Source: Nannocystales bacterium
GTDB lineage: Bacteria > Myxococcota_A > Polyangia > Nannocystales > Nannocystaceae
DNA: 64,000 nucleotides
Direction: 5' to 3'
Assembly: GCA_050633305.1 (NCBI GenBank)
Contig: JBOEGF010000018.1
Coordinates: 64,001-128,000 of the forward strand
In this document: positions 41,206 to 50,244 of the stretch, in pieces
Numbering within the stretch: position 1 is the stretch's first letter
Layout of the letters: the number at the start of each line of letters is the position of its first letter
Notes under the pieces: model-generated
The model's input: the letters and a program-made list of their open reading frames with translations, nothing else
Told to the model about the DNA's origin: nothing
Database searches by the model: none
Program-made: the position numbers and the translations under genes

Positions 41206-41461
41206 CTGTTAACCGCCGGGAACGCGTCGTAGAAACCGGGCCGAGTGCTCGTCCGCGGGATCTGCTTCATCGTCGGGCGTAGTTCAGAAAGGCACTCTCG
41301 ACCGCGAGCTCTCCCCCCCTCGTAGCGGGGCCACCATCTGCGTGCCGGCCTGCGGTCCCCGGGTCCACAACCCTGGGTCGGGGTCGGAAGGAGGCTAGAT
41401 TTCAGTCCCCCGACTCCCCGGGTAGCTCGTCGGAGCCTACCTGTTAACCGCCGGGAACGCG
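41203..41461 (+). repeat. Perfect 24-bp direct repeat TACCTGTTAACCGCCGGGAACGCG (2 copies)
   Basis: Copies at 41203-41226 and 41438-41461. Confidence 0.95.
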
Positions 41462-41647
41462 GTGCACAGGTCCCCCAGGGAGGCCTAAGCCTCCTCCATC
41501 GCTGCTGAGTAGCGAAGATCTCATGCTCGTGAAGACGGCTGAGGCCCACAAGCCCAAGGCCCTGGGATAGACCGCGCAACGTAAGCCCGTTAGAGGCGAC
41601 CCCCCGCAGTGGCGTGCGAAAGCGTGGGATGCTCGCGCGGGGAGGGC

Positions 41648-43043
41648 TCAAACCGGGGCGGCGTTCAGCTCGGACCAGCGCTGCGGTAGCAGCTCACTCA
41701 GTCGCCGCGCAGGCCAGCCCGCCTCGAGCTTCGTGAACACGTCGAGAAAATACTCGCGCGTGCAGATGTCGAGGTTGCGACAAGTCTGCACCACGGTGTA
41801 CGCCGCGGCGAGTCGGTGCGCGGCGTTCTCGGAGCCAGTGAACAGGAAGTTCTTGCGCCCGATCGCGGGCTTGCGGATCTCGCGCTCGCACGCTCCGTTG
41901 TCGATCTCGAAGCGACCGTCACTGAAGCAGCGACGCACGAAGCCTACGGCAGGGCTGGCTCGCCGGTCCTCAAGCTTGAACGCCTCGAAGAAGCGGCGTC
42001 AGACGCGCATCGTGCAGCCAAGTCGCCACTGGGGCGGAACCACGACGACCTCCTTGCCCTCGGCCTGGAGGGTGGCGCTGTAGCCCTTGTAGTCGTCGAC
42101 TTGGACCTCGCAAGGCGATGAACTCGGCGATGTCCTCAGCTTTCCAAGATTTCGCGAATTGGTAGGCTACGAGACCAGAGCTCGCTCGAAAGCACCACAG
42201 GTGACCGCGGTCTTTTCCGCTGTTGCGGGAGCGGTCGAGGACGTCGAGCCCAGTGTCGTCGACGCCCACCCAGTTCGGGTCGTTCATCAACAGACCCAGC
42301 TGTGCTTCGGCGAGAGGCTCGAGCATGGATGTCGCGTATCGCCAATATCCGTAGGCTGTCGACTCTGGAAAGTCGACGCCAAGTCGACGGAATCGGTCGC
42401 ACTGGCGGTGGACCGGCAGGGCGTCGTCGCATTTGTTCTCGACCAACTCGGCCAACACCGACGGACCCACGCGTAGCGTGCTGTCGGGCACCGAGGCTCG
42501 CTCGGCGGTGAACGCCTCGCCCTGGCACCCCTTGCGCTTGCATGCGAGCTTCTCGCGCCGCTCGACGTGCACCACGAACTTGCCCAGCACGGACTCCAGT
42601 CGCTCGTGCTCGACGTGCCCGAAGCACTCCATCTCTTCGCCGCACAGACGGCACGCCCGCTCGCCCGCGGGCACGGCCACCGAGTTCACGTCGCGCTCGA
42701 CGTCGTCGCCGACCGTCGTCTTGCGACGGCGCTGGCGTCGTTTCTTCGGCGTCTTCGTGTCCTCCGGGTCCGCCTCGGCGAACTCGCTCACCGGCACCTG
42801 TGGACTCTCCGCTGCCGCTTCTTCCTCGGTGCCGCCCAGTGCGAGTACGAGTTGCCGCAAATCTTCCTTCGAGAGCTTCTCGCTCTTGCGCCCGTGCAGC
42901 CGCATCGCCAGCTGCTTGTTTGCCCGCGACAGTTGCTCGACCTTCTTCTCCGCGCGCGCCCGTGCTTCCTCCGACCGCCGCTTGTCTTCGGTCAGCTGTT
43001 GCACTTGACGTCGAAGCTCTTCGAGCTCGCGCTGCGCGTCCAC
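41648..43043 (-). pseudogene. tnpC: IS66 transposase TnpC, disrupted
   Basis: Coiled coil, HGRKSEK, Zn finger, DALPVHRQ, VDDT. Frameshift near 42110 before QVDDYKGY, stop at 41999-42001, and a large apparent deletion before FEIDNGACEREIRKPAIGRKNFLFTGS. Confidence 0.88.
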
Positions 43044-43087
43044 GTATTGTCTTTATCAAGCCCGATCGCCGATGCAAGCGAAACTCT

Positions 43088-43450
43088 TCATGCCACCGCA
43101 GGTCTTGGTCGCGCGTACCGCTTCCGCTTCGTGACGACCTTCGTGTCCACGCCCTCGAGCAGCATCGTCAGCCGCGCAACGTCGACCTCGACGATGCTCT
43201 TACCCTCCTCACCGCGCACGCGCCGAAACGTTCCCGCCTCCAGCCGTTTCATCCAGATCGCGTAGCCGTCCCGATCCCAATAGAGCAGGCGCACCTGGGT
43301 GCCACGGCGATTGCGGAACACGAACAGGTCGCCTTCGAACACGTCGTGCCCGAACTCTCCGGCGACGAGCGCCGCCAGGCCGTCGTAGCTCTTGCGCAGG
43401 TCGGTTGCCTCGGTCGCGACAAGAATACGACCGCGCGGTCGGATCAGCAC
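43088..43450 (-). CDS. tnpB: IS66 accessory protein TnpB
   Basis: TDLRKSYDGL, LFVFRNRRG, LLYWDRDG, KRLEAGTF. Confidence 0.92.
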   Translation of the reverse strand: MLIRPRGRILVATEATDLRKSYDGLAALVAGEFGHDVFEGDLFVFRNRRGTQVRLLYWDRDGYAIWMKRLEAGTFRRVRGEEGKSIVEVDVARLTMLLEGVDTKVVTKRKRYARPRPAVA

Positions 43451-43755
43451 GTGGACTCCAACGCCTCGACGACGCTACGCAGCAGCTCTGCATCGACCGT
43501 TTCTCGGACGACCACGACACGACCTCTGGCCAGCACGATCTCCACCGCGCCCGCGCGCTGACGTCCCGCCGCTTGAACCTGGACGAACGCTGGCGCGCTT
43601 TGCTTCCTCGTCTTCCGATTCGCCTCCGCCCACCGATACAGCATCTCCGGCCCAATGCCGTTCGGCGTCCCGAACTCCCGCGCCGTCTCGCCGCTCGCCT
43701 TCCACCCCGCGACCAGCTCCATCCGCTCCTCTCGTGACCATTTTCGTCGGCTCAT
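43444..43755 (-). CDS. tnpA: IS66 accessory protein TnpA
   Basis: HTH (WKASGETAREF...LYRW), AFVQV, VEIVL. Confidence 0.85.
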   Translation of the reverse strand: MSRRKWSREERMELVAGWKASGETAREFGTPNGIGPEMLYRWAEANRKTRKQSAPAFVQVQAAGRQRAGAVEIVLARGRVVVVRETVDAELLRSVVEALESTC

Positions 43756-43880
43756 GCCGACGCCACTACACCACCCCGCGCCTCATCAGGAGGGGCTGCT
43801 CATAACGGGGCTAACCGCGCAACAACACACTGTCCATCAATGGTGCTGCACTTGTTGGACACCTCGGCGTTTGGCGAGAC

Positions 43881-44312
43881 CTATGTTTCGGCTTCGTAGA
43901 AACGTCGCAGTTCTGTGATGTTGGTGACCCACTGCGAAATTGTCTCTCCGTCCTCAGTCACGGCTTCCCTCGTTGGGAGAGAATCGTGAGGGCTGAGAGG
44001 GTCGAAAGGCTCCTCTAGCTCGTCAAGGAACAGGACGTGGTGTTGGAAGAAGACCATGTCCTGGACGCGGTAGCAGGGCCAGACCGAGATGAAGTTGGAC
44101 GTTGAGGGGTCTGTGATTGAGGAGATGAATAGCGCTCCGTTCCCCTGCTCGACGACGCGTCGCGCGGCCTCAAACCAGTGTTTCTTGTAGGTTGTCGCGG
44201 ACCAGAAACTGAGGTCGGTGCGGAACGTCTCTTGGAACCCGTCGATGACGATGATGCCCATCCCTAGCGTGGCATCGCGTTCAGTCGGAGTAAGGCGGAT
44301 TGAGAAAGACAC
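43881..44312 (-). CDS. Immunity protein (CdiI-like) for the upstream Rhs toxin
   Basis: Starts 4 nt after the toxin stop; visibly lower GC. Motifs I.IDGFQETF..DLSFWS...Y..HW, WPCY and TEDGETISQW resemble Enterobacter cloacae-type CdiI (from memory). Confidence 0.8.
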   Translation of the reverse strand: MSFSIRLTPTERDATLGMGIIVIDGFQETFRTDLSFWSATTYKKHWFEAARRVVEQGNGALFISSITDPSTSNFISVWPCYRVQDMVFFQHHVLFLDELEEPFDPLSPHDSLPTREAVTEDGETISQWVTNITELRRFYEAET

Positions 44313-44316
44313 TCTG

Positions 44317-47300
44317 TTAGTCCTTTAGCCTTTCTGAGAGATCGGGGGAGTATGTTCCCGTCCTTTGGCCTCTTCGGCTGAACTTTTTCCACCCGTCGGT
44401 CACGTTGTGCCCATCGATATCAGGACTGATGAAGGTCTTTCCGTTTGTGAATACATCCGCCCCGTGAGAGTCGAAAGGTGCCTTCTGCGGGGGGATCCTC
44501 TTGTCGTATCCCAGCGCCGCGGCTCGCTCGGAGAGCGAAGGGGGTCTCGGACGATATGCCTTAGGCGCGCGACGGACCGCGCCGGAAGGGTCTACGTAGA
44601 AACCCGTCGAGTCTGCGAGTTGTGCTTGGCGCGCCGAGAGTTCGACTGGACTGTCCCCGCCGCAATCCCCGGGCCCACCTGGCGCCAGACCAAACGGATC
44701 AACCCACGTCAGCGGGTCATCCACATACCCGTGAATCGCCAGCCCACCCGCAAGCCCGATCGGGTCCCGGCTGACATACCCCCCAACGCCCGGGTCGTAG
44801 TACCGGAACCGGTTGTAGAACAACCCGGTTTCCGCATCTTCGTACTGCCCCGGGAATCTCCACGGACACAGCGTCGCATCTCCGTCCGTGACCTCGCAGC
44901 GACCGTACGTATCAGTGACGCCCTGCCAGACGACGCTGCCCGAGGCTCCGGTCAGACACAGCGGTGTCCCGAGATGGTCGGTGAACACGGCCATCGCGCC
45001 GCGTTTCTCGGACACGCGGGCCAGCGGTGAAAAACTCTCGGGCTCGAACAGCCAGGTGATGACACCATCGTCATCCTGCGGGGCAGGGGCCGAGGGTGTG
45101 GTTGCCTGGGTGAGGCACTCCTGCGCGAGCCATCCGAACTGCCCGTCGTCCTGGGCCCGAGCACGCAGCATGTCGAACCATGCGTCGTCGTCTCCAAGCT
45201 TGTCCCGCGCACCGAGCAGGCCCTTCTTTCGGGCGCACAACTCGGGCGTTCGCAGGACGTCGGGCGCATCCGCCTCCCCGCGCCACTCGTGCAGCGGCAC
45301 GTTGCCGTTCCAGACCCAGCGCGTGACCACCCCGTTCGCGTTCTTCTCAACCCGCCTTCCCAAGGCGTCGTAGCGAAAGGACACCGCGGTCCCGTCGGGC
45401 TTGTCGACCTGCGCGAGCTGCCCAGGGCCGTTCCAGTGGAACCACCACCGACCACCGTCGGGATCTTCGCGCTCGGCCAGATTGCCGTCGGCGTCATAGC
45501 GATACGTGCTCACCCCCCCAGGACTGGAGCGCTTGAGGATCTGACCGGCGGTGCCGTACTCGCGGTCGGAGCGGTCGAGCCCCGCGAAGAGGTTGCCGAC
45601 CTCATCGGGGTTGCGAAGCTCGACCTCAGGTTCACCACCGCTGTTCGGTGTGACCTGAGTCTTGTGCAAGAACCCGCGAACGTCGTGCTCGTAGGCGATC
45701 GAGCCCAGGGCGTCGTCTTCGAGCGATCGCAGCTGGTCGCCGGGGTCCCAGCCGTACTTGCGTAGACGATGACTGGTCGGCGTTGCCCCCTGCGGCGGTG
45801 ATGCTTGTCCGACCCAGTGCTGGGTGGGGCGGCCCAGGGCGTCTCGCCACCAATAGCCGCGGGTTGCGTTCTCGCCGTCGCCCACGGTGCGGTCGACTTC
45901 GAGGCCCAACCGGTCTCGGGTGAAGCTGGCGGACCAGCGGTGGGCACCGTCGCGGTAGGCCACGGAGGTGACGTCGCCCATCGGGTTGCGAACGAGGTCG
46001 GCCGCAGCGCCGCGGCTGGACTCCATCGCCACCCGAAGCCCCCGATGATCGTACGCGCTGCCAACCCAGTCCTCGCGCTCTTCTTCGACCCCAGTGACCG
46101 TTTCTTTGATGACCTGTCCGAGCGCGTCGCGATCGAAGGCGACCACCACATCGTCCGCCGCCGCCTCCACCAACCCACCATCCTTGCGATACGCGTATCG
46201 CTCCGACAAGCCATCCGAGTGCTGGACGGACACGAGGTTGCCCGCGTCGTCGTACTCCATCGTACGTGTCCGCGGTGGTTGGTCGTCCTTTGCCTCGCGC
46301 AACACGGCGAGCACGCGTCCCAGCGCGTCACGCGAATACAGCGTGGTTTGGCCGTCCCACTGAACCTCGGCCGCAACCTCGCCGAGTACATCGAGCTCGA
46401 AGTGATGCTCGAGCCCGCGTTCGTTGGTCACCCCGATGAGCTGGCCTTCCGTGTCCCAGCGGTAGCGCACGGTCGCATCGCCACCCGCCACTCGGGTATG
46501 GGTGCGTGAGGCGACCTTGCCCATCTGACAGTACGTAAAGGTCAGGTCCCGGCTGCGGTCACGTGCTCGTAGCACGTTGCCCATCGCGTCGTAGCCGAGG
46601 TCGCGTACGTTGCCGTCGGGCTCCTGCACCCGGACGACGCGACCCAGAGCGTCGTAGACCCGTTTCTGCACGTTGCCGTTCGGGTCGGTGCGCTCGGTGA
46701 CACGCCCCAGTGCGTCGCGTTTCCACCCCGTGGTGCTGCCATCGGGGTGTGTGGCCTTCGCGAGGCCGCCGGCGCTGTTGTACTCGAGCGCGGTGGGCTG
46801 CCCGGCGGCGTCGATGACTTGCCGCAGCTGCTTGCCCTCGTAGGCGTAGTGGGTGGCGTGCCCGAGCGGGTCGACCCGCGAGACCACCCGCCCCATGCCG
46901 TCGTACCGCCAGGTCCACTCGCCGCCCTCGGGCCCGAGCACGGAAACCGGTCGGTTCTTGTCGTCGTAGCGGACCTTGCTGACCCGCTTGCCTCCATCAC
47001 CAAAGGGTGACACGACCATCACCACGTTGCCCTTGGCGTCGTGGGTGGTCTCGGTCCGGCGTCCCATCGGATCGACGACCACGGTCTCTCGATGCGCGTG
47101 GTCGTATTCGTACTGCGTGGTTCCGCCGGCGGCGTCGGTGATCTCGGTGACCATGAACGCGCCGTCGTAGGCGTAGGTCGTCACCTCGCCGAGAGAGTTG
47201 GTGACGGCGGTGGTCCGGCCTTTGCGGTTGTAGTCGATGAGGTGGTGGTAGATGCCTTGCTCAGCGTCGCCTGCCGGGTCGATGCCCCAAGTCTCGACAC

Positions 47301-48741
47301 AGCGGGCGAAGCGGCCGTAGCCGTCGTACTTGAAGTAGAAGGTGAGGCCGTTGCGGTCGGCCTCTCGAACGAGGAGGTGGCGGTCGTAGCCAAACCGCAT
47401 CGGCTTGCCCGCCGCGTCGCGTACTTCGACCAGGTCGCCCGCGTCGTCGTAGAGATACTCCGCATGTTGCCGATGTCCCTCCCCGTCGGCGCTGGGCAGC
47501 CAGATCCGGCGAAGCCGACCACGGGGGTCATGTTCGAGTTTGACGACGCGCCCAGAGGCATCGTGCACCTCGGCCAGACGGGCGCGGTCGTCGTAGCGGT
47601 ACTCGACGGCGAAACCATCGGGGCTGCGGTGCCGAACGATACGGGCCAGCCCTCGATCGGCCTCGTGTGTGGCTTCTCCTGGGATCGGAGCGAACTCGGT
47701 CACCACGCCGCCCGCGTCCTCGAGGCTGAACGCGAAGTTGCCGTGGCTGCGCAACGTGACGCGCTCAACCGGGTGGTAGACGGTGTCGCCCTTGCGCATG
47801 ACGCCGCCTTCGAGCTTTCGCGTGCTGAACTCGACCTCACGACCGTCCGCGGTTTGCAGCGCCACACAATGTGGCTCGAGCCACAGCTTCTGGTCGAGGC
47901 TGTGGGCCCAACCGAATCCCAGCGGCGAGTCGCGGTCGAACCAGTTGCTGCTGTAGTTGCGCTCGAACCGGACCGGCAACGGTCCGGGCAGTGTGAAATC
48001 GACGCCGTCGGTCAGGACACAGCCGTTGGCGACGTTGACCGGGTGCCCGGTCAAAAAACAGGCCGACTTGTGGGCGATGTTTCGTGCGCGTTTGAACTTT
48101 TCGGGGATGACTTTGTCGATGGCCCCGTGAAGTTTTCCGGCCGCCCACTTGCTGCGGAGCGCCCGCATGCCGGCCATCATCATGACCTGCGCCCAGTCGA
48201 TGCCAGGCGGTCCCCCAATCAACACGGGCTTTGGCATGCCCGTGGAGACAACTGCGGAGGTCGGCATGCGAACGGGGTCGCTACAGGAGAGCGCAATCTC
48301 CCCCATGCGCACCGGGTTGGAGCCCATCACCTTCACGGTCATCGAGCCCATGAGCAGCAGGGCGTCGGACGGTGGAGGCATCGGTGGGTCGGGCATGGGG
48401 AGCTTGCCCTTGAGCCCAATCGCCGGTTTGGGCGCTCGTGGGATCGGAGCCCACGACACACCGGGGGGGATGAAAATATGAGGCACGGGCATCGACACCT
48501 CGTCGCCCGTGATTGTGGCGGGAAGCCCGGCGATCCAGACCTTCCCGGGGTCGACCGGAGTGTCGGTGACCCACGCGGTGACGTGCGCGATGAGCTCGTC
48601 CATGATCAGGCCCATCGGGTCGAAGATCAGGCCCATGAACGGATGGGGAAACGGCGTGGGCACGGGCGCGGGCATGGGCACCATCTCCATGTGGAGATCG
48701 ACGCCGACCACGAGGTCGAGCCACTTGCTCGCGATGCTCAC
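44317..48741 (-). CDS. Rhs polymorphic toxin: PAAR-like N-terminus, DUF6531, YD repeats, Ntox21-like RNase tip
   Basis: VGVDLH PAAR-like start; GHPVNVANG, LGFGWAHS; YD repeats; core RFPGQYEDAETGLFYNRFRYYDP, DPIGLAGG, DPFGL; tip SHGADVFTNGKTFISPDIDGHN..GWK. Confidence 0.93.
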   Translation of the reverse strand: MSIASKWLDLVVGVDLHMEMVPMPAPVPTPFPHPFMGLIFDPMGLIMDELIAHVTAWVTDTPVDPGKVWIAGLPATITGDEVSMPVPHIFIPPGVSWAPIPRAPKPAIGLKGKLPMPDPPMPPPSDALLLMGSMTVKVMGSNPVRMGEIALSCSDPVRMPTSAVVSTGMPKPVLIGGPPGIDWAQVMMMAGMRALRSKWAAGKLHGAIDKVIPEKFKRARNIAHKSACFLTGHPVNVANGCVLTDGVDFTLPGPLPVRFERNYSSNWFDRDSPLGFGWAHSLDQKLWLEPHCVALQTADGREVEFSTRKLEGGVMRKGDTVYHPVERVTLRSHGNFAFSLEDAGGVVTEFAPIPGEATHEADRGLARIVRHRSPDGFAVEYRYDDRARLAEVHDASGRVVKLEHDPRGRLRRIWLPSADGEGHRQHAEYLYDDAGDLVEVRDAAGKPMRFGYDRHLLVREADRNGLTFYFKYDGYGRFARCVETWGIDPAGDAEQGIYHHLIDYNRKGRTTAVTNSLGEVTTYAYDGAFMVTEITDAAGGTTQYEYDHAHRETVVVDPMGRRTETTHDAKGNVVMVVSPFGDGGKRVSKVRYDDKNRPVSVLGPEGGEWTWRYDGMGRVVSRVDPLGHATHYAYEGKQLRQVIDAAGQPTALEYNSAGGLAKATHPDGSTTGWKRDALGRVTERTDPNGNVQKRVYDALGRVVRVQEPDGNVRDLGYDAMGNVLRARDRSRDLTFTYCQMGKVASRTHTRVAGGDATVRYRWDTEGQLIGVTNERGLEHHFELDVLGEVAAEVQWDGQTTLYSRDALGRVLAVLREAKDDQPPRTRTMEYDDAGNLVSVQHSDGLSERYAYRKDGGLVEAAADDVVVAFDRDALGQVIKETVTGVEEEREDWVGSAYDHRGLRVAMESSRGAAADLVRNPMGDVTSVAYRDGAHRWSASFTRDRLGLEVDRTVGDGENATRGYWWRDALGRPTQHWVGQASPPQGATPTSHRLRKYGWDPGDQLRSLEDDALGSIAYEHDVRGFLHKTQVTPNSGGEPEVELRNPDEVGNLFAGLDRSDREYGTAGQILKRSSPGGVSTYRYDADGNLAEREDPDGGRWWFHWNGPGQLAQVDKPDGTAVSFRYDALGRRVEKNANGVVTRWVWNGNVPLHEWRGEADAPDVLRTPELCARKKGLLGARDKLGDDDAWFDMLRARAQDDGQFGWLAQECLTQATTPSAPAPQDDDGVITWLFEPESFSPLARVSEKRGAMAVFTDHLGTPLCLTGASGSVVWQGVTDTYGRCEVTDGDATLCPWRFPGQYEDAETGLFYNRFRYYDPGVGGYVSRDPIGLAGGLAIHGYVDDPLTWVDPFGLAPGGPGDCGGDSPVELSARQAQLADSTGFYVDPSGAVRRAPKAYRPRPPSLSERAAALGYDKRIPPQKAPFDSHGADVFTNGKTFISPDIDGHNVTDGWKKFSRRGQRTGTYSPDLSERLKD

Positions 48742-48881
48742 CGCGCTCAGTGTAGGCGAGCCGCGTGCGTCTTCCGACCCCGAACTCGACTCAGGTGCAT
48801 GTCACCAACTCCCGCCGCGGCTCGACGGCCCAATTCCGTCGAGTCGTGGCCTGAGCGTGGCTCCGGCGGTGCTGCTCGGGT

Positions 48882-49790
48882 TCAGCAGGCGCCGATGGGC
48901 TCGTCGCAGTTTTCGGGGCCGCAGGTCGACGGATACAGTTCGCCACCAATGCAGGTTGCTGCCTCGCCACAGATCAGCGTGGGGTGGCATTGCGAACCGC
49001 AGTCGAACTCGGTGCAGGACCATTGGCCGTCCACTTCGCATAGACAGGTGTTGCATTCGTCGTCCGCCGGGATCTCGTCGCTAGGGGAGCACTGAGGATC
49101 GCAGTCGAGCTCGGTGCAGGACCACTGGCCGTCGACCTCACAGAGACACTCGTTGCAGCCGTCGCCCGCGGGGACTTGGTCGCCCGGGTTGCATTCGTTC
49201 TCGCGGTCGAGCTCGGTGCAGGACCACGTCCCATCGACTTCACAGAGGCATTCGTTGCAGCCGTCGCCCGCGGGGGGTTGGTCGCCCGGGTCGCATTCGC
49301 TCTCGCAGTCGAGCTCGGTGCAGGACCACGTCGCGTCGTCTTGGCACAGGCAGTCGTTGCAGCGATCGTCCGCGAGCTGCTCATCGCCGGGGCTGCACTC
49401 GTTGTCGCAGGCGAGTTCAGTGCAGGTCCAGGACCCATCCGCACCGCACCGCACCGCACCGCACCGCACCGCACGTGCAGGTGTTTGCAGGTGTCGCTGC
49501 TGGGGACGACGTCACCGTCGTCGCACTCCGGCTCGCAGCGGCTCGCGAGATCGGCGCAGCAGTCCTCAATCTCGATGCACGCCGCATCGCATTGACAGGC
49601 TTGGGCCTCGTCGAACTCGGTGTCGCAACGCTCCTCGCAGGAGCCAGCGAGTTCGTCTGCCTTGCCGATCGGCGCGCGGTCGTCCTGAGAGGCTTGAGGC
49701 TCTGAATCCCCGGTCGTGGAAGTCCGCGCAGGCGGTGACGGCCACCAAGGAGAGAAGAGCAGCGGAGGCGAGGGTCTGGAAGGTCGACGG
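48882..49790 (-). pseudogene. Multiply frameshifted Cys-rich lipoprotein (somatomedin-B-like + pacifastin-like repeats)
   Basis: Signal (LLSLVAVTAC), GKAD motif + SMB-like domain (CQCDAACIEIEDCCAD) and five DxCNxCxC...WxCTE repeats lie in different frames. Apparent +1 indels near 49720 and 49485, and a repeat expansion at 49439-49473. Confidence 0.75.
49439..49473 (+). repeat. Pentanucleotide microsatellite (CCGCA)7
   Basis: Seven perfect units. Confidence 0.97.
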
Positions 49791-49799
49791 TGGCCCGTC

Positions 49800-50050
49800 C
49801 GCCCAGGGGGTGTCCCACCAGGCCCACATGTTGGCCGTCGAAACTCTCTCCAAGCAAAAGGGGGGACCGGCCCGCCACATCGCGGTCGAGTCGGATGAGG
49901 GCGACGTCTCCGTTCTCGGCGCGAAACGATGCCTCGCAGCGATACAGATCGTCGGGGTCCAGAAAACTGGTGTCGTCGTTCCGCTGGGCGTCGTTGAACC
50001 CAAACAGAAGCTGGGAGGACTCGCACGCGTGTTGGTCGCCGATGTTGCCT
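49800..50050 (-). pseudogene. Internal fragment of a trypsin-like serine protease
   Basis: C...LLFGF...LYRC...GDVALIRLDRDVAGRSPL...VGLVGHPLG; no catalytic His or Ser motif present. Confidence 0.55.
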
Positions 50051-50244
50051 CTTGCGACCCGCACTTCACTGCCGACCGGGCCCGTGCCGGTCCCGTCAGA
50101 ACCGCTGTGACCCCGAGGTCGCACGGCGGGCACCAGTCTCGCCGGCTGAAGCGGCGCGAACCTGTCTGAGCGCTGTAACATCGTCCGGAGCACGCCCGTC
50201 GTCGAAGCGAACGGGCGCCGCGCCCGAGCGAAGCTGTGGTTGCC

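Larger units (their letters stand above)
41581..43815 (-). mobile_element. IS66 family insertion sequence (defective)
   Basis: Imperfect terminal IRs GTAAGCCCGTTA / GTTAGCCCCGTTA; 8-bp target duplication CGCGCAAC at 41573-41580 and 43816-43823; gene order tnpA-tnpB-tnpC. Confidence 0.93.

Noticed and set aside
41203..41461. CRISPR array
   Set aside because: Only two repeats, 211 bp apart, and no cas genes.
41999..42001. Second selenocysteine TGA, in tnpC
   Set aside because: Not at a redox Cys position, and the gene carries other lesions.
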